Of a stretch of 32,000 nt of DNA, positions 26,230 through 32,000 are shown in pieces. The notes beneath the pieces were generated by a model. That model did no database searches. It was not told where the DNA came from and saw nothing but the letters and a program-made list of their open reading frames with translations. The DNA is from Candidatus Portiera aleyrodidarum (GTDB lineage Bacteria; Pseudomonadota; Gammaproteobacteria; Johnevansiales; Johnevansiaceae), in assembly GCF_000953295.1 (NCBI RefSeq), contig NZ_LN649255.1, forward strand, positions 180,001-212,000. The letters are read 5' to 3'. The stretch's first letter is position 1. Each line of letters opens with the position of its first letter. The position numbers were made by a program, and so were the translations under genes.

Positions 26230-27066
26230 TTAAGTTATTAATTCATATAAAATATTTAAAGTAGGTTCTACATTATTTAATGTATAAAAATGTAAACCTG
26301 GGGCTCCTCCTTTAATTAAAATCTCACACAATTTTATAACAATTTCTTTTCCAATAATTTCTACATCTTTTTTATTTTTACAATTTTCTAAACTTTTAGA
26401 TATCCATTTTGGAATATTTGCGCCACATTTTTTTGAAAAAGTTATTAACTTATTTACATTAGTAATAGGCATAATACCTGGAATTATTGGTTTATTAATA
26501 CCAAAGTTAATAACTTTTTCAAAAAAATAAAAATATGAATCTGGATCATAAAAATATTGAGTAATTGCTTTATCAGCTCCAAAAAGAAATTTTTTTATAA
26601 AAAATAAAATTTCTTTTTTTAAAGTAATAGTATTAGGATGCATTTCTGGATATGCAGATACTATTATTTCGAATTTATTATAAAAATTTTTTTTTATAAA
26701 TTTAATAAAATTTATTGAATTTAAAAAATAATTATTTGTTAAAATATAATTATTAAGATCACCTCTAAGTGCTAAAATTTTTTTTATACCTAATTTTTTA
26801 TATATATTTATAATATTTATTATTTCTTTTTTAGTACTTGATATACAAGATAAATGTGGAACACATTCTATATTAGATTTTTTTATAGATTTTATAATAT
26901 CTAAAGTATTTTCTTTATTAGAACCTCCAGCACCAAAAGTAATAGAACAAAAATCTATATTAATTTTTTTATATAATTTTTTTATTAATTTTATTAATTC
27001 TTTTTTTTTAAAATTATTATTAGGTGGAAAAAATTCAAAACTAATTTCTAGTTCATTTTTATTCAT
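26230..27066 (-). CDS. metF: 5,10-methylenetetrahydrofolate reductase
   Basis: ISFEFFPP, ITFGAGGS and LALRGD are MetF signature stretches. It is 278 aa. Confidence 0.88.
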   Translation of the reverse strand: MNKNELEISFEFFPPNNNFKKKELIKLIKKLYKKINIDFCSITFGAGGSNKENTLDIIKSIKKSNIECVPHLSCISSTKKEIINIINIYKKLGIKKILALRGDLNNYILTNNYFLNSINFIKFIKKNFYNKFEIIVSAYPEMHPNTITLKKEILFFIKKFLFGADKAITQYFYDPDSYFYFFEKVINFGINKPIIPGIMPITNVNKLITFSKKCGANIPKWISKSLENCKNKKDVEIIGKEIVIKLCEILIKGGAPGLHFYTLNNVEPTLNILYELIT

Positions 27067-27187
27067 ATTATTCTTAATTTTAATTATTTATTTTTTTATA
27101 ATTTTCAATTAATAATATACATATATTGTATTTAATTTTTCTTTATTTTAATATTTATTTTTTTACATTAGTAAAGGAGTATATAAT

Positions 27188-29215
27188 ATGCTATATCGTA
27201 GTGAACTTGCAAATGCACTTCGCTTTCTTTCTATAGATTCTATAGAAAAAGCTAAATCAGGCCATCCAGGAATGCCTCTGGGGATGGCTGAGATTGCTGA
27301 AGTTTTATGGAATGATCATTTAAAACATAATCCAAATAATCCTTACTGGATAAATAGAGATCGGTTTATATTATCTAATGGACATGGATCTATGTTGCAT
27401 TATGCTTTGTTGCATTTAAGTGGTTATAATTTATCAATTACTCAAATAAAAAATTTTCGTCAATTAGGTTATAAAACTCCAGGTCACCCAGAATTAGGAT
27501 ATACAATAGGGATTGAAACCACTACTGGTCCTTTAGGCCAAGGATTAGCAAATGCCATTGGTATGGCAATAGCAGAACAGAATTTATCTAAAAAATTCAA
27601 TAAAAAAAATTATAAAATAATAAATCATAAAATCTGGAGTTTTGTTGGTGATGGATGTTTAATGGAAGGAATTAGTCATGAATCTTGTTCTTTAGCTGGA
27701 AATTTAGGTTTAGGTAATTTAATTGTATTTTATGATGATAATAATATATCTATTGATGGAAAAAGTTCTAATTGGTTTAATGATAATACATATAAAAGAT
27801 TTAAATCTTATAATTGGCATATTATTGGACCAATAAATGGACATAATTTTAAAGAAATAAATAGAGCTATATCGATAAGTAAAAAAATAAAAAATAAACC
27901 AAAATTAATAATTTGTAAAACATTAATAGGTTATGGTTCCCCAAAAAAATCTGGTACATCAACTTGTCATGGAACATTTTTAGGAAAAAAAGAAATAGAA
28001 ATAGTACGAAAAAATTTAAATTGGAAATATCCTGCATTTAAAATACCTAAAAATATTTATTTATCATGGAATGCACAAAAAAAAGGTATAAAATTAGAAG
28101 AAAAATATAATAAAAATTTTAAAATATATTCAAAAAAATATCCTCTACTTGCTAATGAACTCAAAAGAATATTTAAAAATAAATTACCTAATTATTTTAA
28201 TAAAAAAAATGAATATAATTTAATAAAAAAAATACAAACAAAAAATGAAAATATTGCATCAAGACAAGCTTCTCAAAATATCTTAAATATTTTAGCACCT
28301 AAACTCCCAGAACTTATCGGTGGAAGTGCTGATTTAACTCCATCTAATTTAACATTATGGAAAAATGCAAAAATTATTAAAAAAAATAATTATTCAGGTA
28401 ATTATTTATATTATGGAGTAAGAGAATTTGGGATGGCTGCTATATCTAATGGTATCGCTATTTATGGAGGATTAATTGTTTTTGATTCAACCTTTTTAGT
28501 TTTTATAGAATATATGTTAAATGCAATAAGAATGTCAGCTTTATGTAAAATAAAAATGATACATATTTTTACTCATGATTCTATTGGCTTAGGAGAAGAT
28601 GGTCCTACACATCAACCTGTGGAACAAATAGAAATTTTAAGAGCTATACCAGGTCTTATTATTTGGAGGCCCGCAGATTATACAGAAACAGTAGTAAGTT
28701 GGTTGAATGCAATAAAAAATAAAGAACCAACAGTTATTATACTTTCTAGACAAAATTTAATAACACAAAAACGTAATAAGAAACAATTAAAAAATATAAA
28801 ATTAGGAGGTTATATATTATATAATACTAATAAGAAAGTTATTCCTGATTTAATTTTTATTGCTACCGGATCAGAATTAAATTTAGTAATGGAAACTGTT
28901 AAAAGTTTAGAAAAAAAATATAAAAATCTAAATTTTAGAATTGTCTCGATGCCAAGTACATCTATTTATGATAAACAAAATAAAAATTATCATGAAAAAG
29001 TTTTACCAAAAAAAGTACGGAAAAGAATAGCAGTAGAATCTGCATCAATTAATAATTGGTATAAATATGTAGGTCTAGATGGATATATATTAGGTATGAA
29101 GACATATGGGGCTTCAGGCAAATTAGAAGATTTATTTAAATATTTTGGTTTTACAAAACAAAATTTAATAAAAATTTCAGAAAAATTATTAAAAAAATTA
29201 CCTATATATAATTAA
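27188..29215 (+). CDS. tkt: transketolase
   Basis: SGHPGMPLGMAEIAEVLW, the thiamine-diphosphate motif GDGCLMEGISHE, and THDSIGLGEDGPTHQPVEQ are present. AAAGGAG lies upstream of the ATG. Confidence 0.95.
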   Translation: MLYRSELANALRFLSIDSIEKAKSGHPGMPLGMAEIAEVLWNDHLKHNPNNPYWINRDRFILSNGHGSMLHYALLHLSGYNLSITQIKNFRQLGYKTPGHPELGYTIGIETTTGPLGQGLANAIGMAIAEQNLSKKFNKKNYKIINHKIWSFVGDGCLMEGISHESCSLAGNLGLGNLIVFYDDNNISIDGKSSNWFNDNTYKRFKSYNWHIIGPINGHNFKEINRAISISKKIKNKPKLIICKTLIGYGSPKKSGTSTCHGTFLGKKEIEIVRKNLNWKYPAFKIPKNIYLSWNAQKKGIKLEEKYNKNFKIYSKKYPLLANELKRIFKNKLPNYFNKKNEYNLIKKIQTKNENIASRQASQNILNILAPKLPELIGGSADLTPSNLTLWKNAKIIKKNNYSGNYLYYGVREFGMAAISNGIAIYGGLIVFDSTFLVFIEYMLNAIRMSALCKIKMIHIFTHDSIGLGEDGPTHQPVEQIEILRAIPGLIIWRPADYTETVVSWLNAIKNKEPTVIILSRQNLITQKRNKKQLKNIKLGGYILYNTNKKVIPDLIFIATGSELNLVMETVKSLEKKYKNLNFRIVSMPSTSIYDKQNKNYHEKVLPKKVRKRIAVESASINNWYKYVGLDGYILGMKTYGASGKLEDLFKYFGFTKQNLIKISEKLLKKLPIYN

Positions 29216-29228
29216 TAGGAATAAAAAT

Positions 29229-30527
29229 ATGAAAATAATTAACTCTAAAAATTTAGCTCTAAATATAATAATATGTTTAGTTTTAGGAATAATTTCTGGA
29301 TTAATATTACATTCAAATCATATTATAAGATCATGGTTTATTTTTAATTTTTTACAACCTCTAGGAGAAATTTTTATTAGATTAATAAAAATGATAGTAA
29401 TTCCTATTATTATTTCTTCTTTAATAATGGGTGTTTCCGGTATTGATGATACAAAAAAATTAAGTAGAATAGGGCTAAAAACTCTTTTATATTTTGAACT
29501 AGTTACAACCTTAGCTATAGTTGTAGGATTAATAGCAGCAAATATATTTAAACCTGGATATGGTATTAATATGTCTAACTTAAGTAAGAATATTGATATT
29601 TCACAATATAAAAATTTTAATAAAATTGTTAATCCTCATACAACTGTGATAAATCTCATAGTAAATTTAATCCCATATAATATATTTAAATCAATAGTAA
29701 ATGGAGATATGTTATCTATTATATTTTTTTCTATAATATTTGGTTTAGGTTTATCCAGTTTACCTAAAAAAAATAAAAAAAATTTAATAAATATAATAAA
29801 AACTATATCTGAAACCATGTTTAGTATAACAAATTTAGTTATGCGTTATTCACCATTAGGTGTATACTCTTTAATATCTATTACTCTAGCAAATTTTGGA
29901 TTTTTATCATTACTACCTTTAATAAAATTAGTTTGTTTAGTATATTTAACAATAATATTTTTTATATTTGTAATTTTAGGCAGTATTGCTTGGTATTTTG
30001 GTTTTAATTTAATTATATTATTACGAATCATAAAAAATGAACTATTATTAGCTTTTATTACTTCTAGTTCGGAAACAGTATTATTAAAATTAATGTCTAA
30101 AATGGAAAATTATGGAGCTCCAAAAAATATTTGTAATTTTGTAATCCCTACTGGATATTCATTTAATTTAGATGGTTCAACGTTATATCAAAGTATTGCT
30201 GCTTTATTTATAGCACAACTTTATGGAATAAATTTAAATTTATTTACACAAGTTACTTTAATCTTTACTCTAATGATTACGTCAAAAGGAATAGCAGGAA
30301 TTCCAGGAGTATCTTTTGTTGTGTTATTAGCTACATTAGGTAGTATAGGAATTCCTATTGAAGGTTTAGCTTTTATTGCAGGAGTAGATCGAATATTAGA
30401 TATGGCTAGAACAGGATTAAATGTTATAGGTAATGCATTAGCTGTATTAATAATTTCAAAATGGGAAAATCAATATGATAAAAATAAAGGGTTAAGTTAT
30501 TTTGAAAGTAAAAAATATAAGGGATAA
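29229..30527 (+). CDS. gltP: glutamate/aspartate:cation symporter (DAACS family)
   Basis: It is near-colinear with E. coli GltP as I recall it: IKMIVIPIIISSLIMGVSGI, PTGYSFNLDGSTLYQSIAALFIAQLYG, TSKGIAGIPGVSFVVLLATLGSIGIP, GVDRILDMARTGLNVIGNALAV. Confidence 0.88.
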   Translation: MKIINSKNLALNIIICLVLGIISGLILHSNHIIRSWFIFNFLQPLGEIFIRLIKMIVIPIIISSLIMGVSGIDDTKKLSRIGLKTLLYFELVTTLAIVVGLIAANIFKPGYGINMSNLSKNIDISQYKNFNKIVNPHTTVINLIVNLIPYNIFKSIVNGDMLSIIFFSIIFGLGLSSLPKKNKKNLINIIKTISETMFSITNLVMRYSPLGVYSLISITLANFGFLSLLPLIKLVCLVYLTIIFFIFVILGSIAWYFGFNLIILLRIIKNELLLAFITSSSETVLLKLMSKMENYGAPKNICNFVIPTGYSFNLDGSTLYQSIAALFIAQLYGINLNLFTQVTLIFTLMITSKGIAGIPGVSFVVLLATLGSIGIPIEGLAFIAGVDRILDMARTGLNVIGNALAVLIISKWENQYDKNKGLSYFESKKYKG

Positions 30528-30536
30528 GAAAATATA

Positions 30537-30965
30537 ATGAAAATATTTTTAATTAATGGACCAAATTTAAATTATTTAGGAAATAGACAAAATAATATAT
30601 ATGGATTTAATACGTTAAATGATATAGAAAATTTATTAATAAAAAAAGCAATAAAATTTAAAATTGAAATAGAATGTTATCATTCTAATCATGAGGGTTA
30701 TATAATAGATACTATACAACGGGCATATAATAAATGTAATGCTATTATTATAAATGCAGGGGGGTATAGTCATACATCAATATCTATATTAGATGCATTA
30801 AATATTTTTAAAGGGAAAATAATAGAAGTACATATATCTAATATAAATAAGCGGGAAAAGTTTAGAAAAAAATCTTATATTTCTACTAGAGCTAATGCAG
30901 TGATATCTGGATTGGGAATATATGGCTATATATCAGCATTAGATTATTTAATAAAAGAATATTAA
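30537..30965 (+). CDS. aroQ: 3-dehydroquinate dehydratase, type II
   Basis: IFLINGPNLNYLGNRQNNIYG, HSNHEG, INAGGYSHTS and EVHISNINKREKFR match the AroQ signatures. Confidence 0.92.
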   Translation: MKIFLINGPNLNYLGNRQNNIYGFNTLNDIENLLIKKAIKFKIEIECYHSNHEGYIIDTIQRAYNKCNAIIINAGGYSHTSISILDALNIFKGKIIEVHISNINKREKFRKKSYISTRANAVISGLGIYGYISALDYLIKEY

Positions 30966-31840
30966 TTCTTTTTTATAACATACATTGTGGCGCTTCGTGA
31001 ACTTTTATTAAAAATAAGTTCTTCTTTATTTGGATATATTTTTTTTAAATTATATTTTTTTTTATTTATAGTATTAGTTTTAATTAAAGATTTTATTAAA
31101 GTTGATTCTAAAGAATTAAAAGTAATAATAATTAATTTTTTATTTATATCTAAAAGGTCTAAAGATGAAATTATTACTTTCTCTAGATTAGTTAATTCAT
31201 TATTTATATAAATACGTATAGATTGAAAAACTTTTGTTGCAGGATGGGTTTTATTTTTTTTAAATTTTATTTTTTTTATTAAATTAGATAATTCTAAAGT
31301 CATTTTAAATGGATATTTAATCCTACGTTTACATATTTCGTTTGTAATTTTATTTGACTTTTTATCTTCTCCATATTTTTTTAATATATTTAAAATTTCT
31401 TTTTTTTTATAATTATTTAACATTTCAGAAGCTTTTATTCCTAAGTTATTATTTATTCTCATATCTAATGGACCATTTTTATAAAAACTAAAACCTCTTT
31501 TAAAATCTTTAATTTGATTTTTAGAAATTCCTAAATCTAATAAAATTCCAGATACTTTTCCTAATTTTTTTTTAAAAGCAAAATTTTCTAATTTATTAAA
31601 ATTTATATTAATCAATTTAAATCTTTTATCACGAATTATTTTTTTTGCATAAATCTTTGTATTAAAATCATTATCTATTGCTATTAATTTACCTTTTTTA
31701 GATAATCTTTTTAAGATCTTTTTGCTATGTCCTCCACTTCCATAAGTACAATCTATATATATCCCATCTTGATTATTTATTAATAAATCAATAGCTTTAT
31801 TTATAAATAAACTTTTCTGATTAGTTTCTTGATTTTTCAT
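30962..31840 (-). CDS. rsmH: 16S rRNA (cytosine1402-N4)-methyltransferase
   Basis: IYIDCTYGSGGHS matches the RsmH/MraW SAM-binding motif DxTxGxGGHS. LLDLGISKNQI is also present. It is 292 aa. Confidence 0.88.
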   Translation of the reverse strand: MKNQETNQKSLFINKAIDLLINNQDGIYIDCTYGSGGHSKKILKRLSKKGKLIAIDNDFNTKIYAKKIIRDKRFKLININFNKLENFAFKKKLGKVSGILLDLGISKNQIKDFKRGFSFYKNGPLDMRINNNLGIKASEMLNNYKKKEILNILKKYGEDKKSNKITNEICKRRIKYPFKMTLELSNLIKKIKFKKNKTHPATKVFQSIRIYINNELTNLEKVIISSLDLLDINKKLIIITFNSLESTLIKSLIKTNTINKKKYNLKKIYPNKEELIFNKSSRSATMYVIKKN

Positions 31841-31897
31841 ATACCATAAGCCGGATTCTGTTATAAATTTACAGTCATTTATCTAATATATATATTA

Positions 31898-32000
31898 CTA
31901 TATATATATATGCAACTTACCAGAATTTTTTTTATAGAGCTTAAATTCTTTTTTAGTTTTACTCAAAGTGGGGTTTACATAACGAATTTGTTTCCAAACA
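31898..32000 (-). CDS. 3' end of an unidentified CDS running into the window edge; possibly mraZ by position upstream of rsmH
   Basis: My translation of the minus strand from 31999 gives VWKQIRYVNPTLSKTKKEFKLYKKNSGKLHIYI followed by a stop (TAG at 31898-31900). The K/N/I-rich composition matches real genes here. The possible match to the MraZ C-terminal ELW... region is weak. The plus-strand alternative is F-rich, as antisense frames are here. Confidence 0.3.
   Translation of the reverse strand, partial: VWKQIRYVNPTLSKTKKEFKLYKKNSGKLHIYI

Noticed and set aside
30895-30990. An apparent 1-nt disagreement between my manual codon-by-codon reading and the supplied ORF coordinates around the aroQ/rsmH junction
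   Set aside because: My count re-synchronises with the ORF track by 31211, and both ORF translations are internally consistent. I attribute the disagreement to my own miscounting of a base and not to a real frameshift. The ORF-track coordinates are used.
29636-31211. Antisense ORFs 29636..29818 and 29846..30031 (in gltP) and 30987..31211 (in rsmH)
   Set aside because: Same reasoning: these are shadow frames of confidently identified genes.
31911-32000. A plus-strand ORF starting ATG at 31911 (MQLTRIFFIELKFFFSFTQSGVYITNLFPN...) running off the window
   Set aside because: Its phenylalanine-rich composition is typical of antisense frames in this genome. The minus-strand frame over the same bases has the K/N/I-rich composition of real genes and sits where mraZ is expected. 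Neither is proven.
1-32000. An alternative genetic code (UGA read as Trp, as in some tiny symbiont genomes)
   Set aside because: TGA terminates mgtE and aroE at the positions where homologues end, and the tryptophans I checked are encoded by TGG. Code 11 explains every ORF.
1-32000. CRISPR arrays, insertion sequences, prophage or integrase genes, toxin-antitoxin or defence systems, secondary-metabolite clusters
   Set aside because: I found no spaced direct repeats, no transposase- or integrase-like ORFs, and no unassigned ORF longer than about 150 codons. Every sizeable ORF is accounted for by a housekeeping function.

Overview
This window looks like a tightly packed piece of a strongly reduced, very AT-rich bacterial genome. 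By eye G+C is well under 25%; I could not compute it. It is most likely an obligate endosymbiont of gammaproteobacterial, non-enteric descent. I call 28 protein-coding loci and 7 tRNA genes. One locus, alaS, is broken into two ORFs. Two loci are partial at the window edges: hisS, and a possible mraZ. All are housekeeping or central metabolism: hisS, der, lysC, alaS, mutS, lipA, lipB, a pal-like gene, ruvC, aspS, mgtE, cls, hupB, clpX, clpP, cysS, glnS, aroE, def, glk, zwf, a GalP-like sugar symporter, metF, tkt, gltP, aroQ and rsmH. Genes abut or overlap, and only five divergent intergenic gaps (20 to 180 nt) could hold promoters. Long same-strand runs have tRNA genes embedded between protein genes. 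As far as I recall it, gene order matches the Pseudomonas-type arrangement with intervening genes cleanly deleted: alaS-lysC-(csrA)-tRNASer-tRNAArg, aspS-(yebC)-ruvC-(ruvAB, tolQRAB)-pal, glnS-cysS-(folD)-tRNAs-(tig)-clpP-clpX-(lon)-hupB, and hisS-(yfgM, bamB)-der. I found no CRISPR array, mobile element, defence island, toxin system or unexplained multi-gene cluster, so I do not claim a novel system. The observations most worth follow-up are: (1) essential alaS is split into two motif-intact ORFs, and the junction sequence permits either an ATA-to-ATA +2 re-pairing or a 3-codon relay ORF; (2) the cysS stop codon lies inside the tRNA-Pro gene on the same strand; (3) an orphan, lipobox-less Pal remnant is fused onto ruvC; (4) a 22-bp tandem duplication supplies the clpX stop codon at the position where lon is expected; (5) the tRNA genes show decay signatures, with no encoded CCA and a G1-U72 wobble in both tRNA-Arg genes. 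CDS coordinates follow the supplied ORF track. tRNA ends are hand-folded and may be off by 1 to 2 nt.
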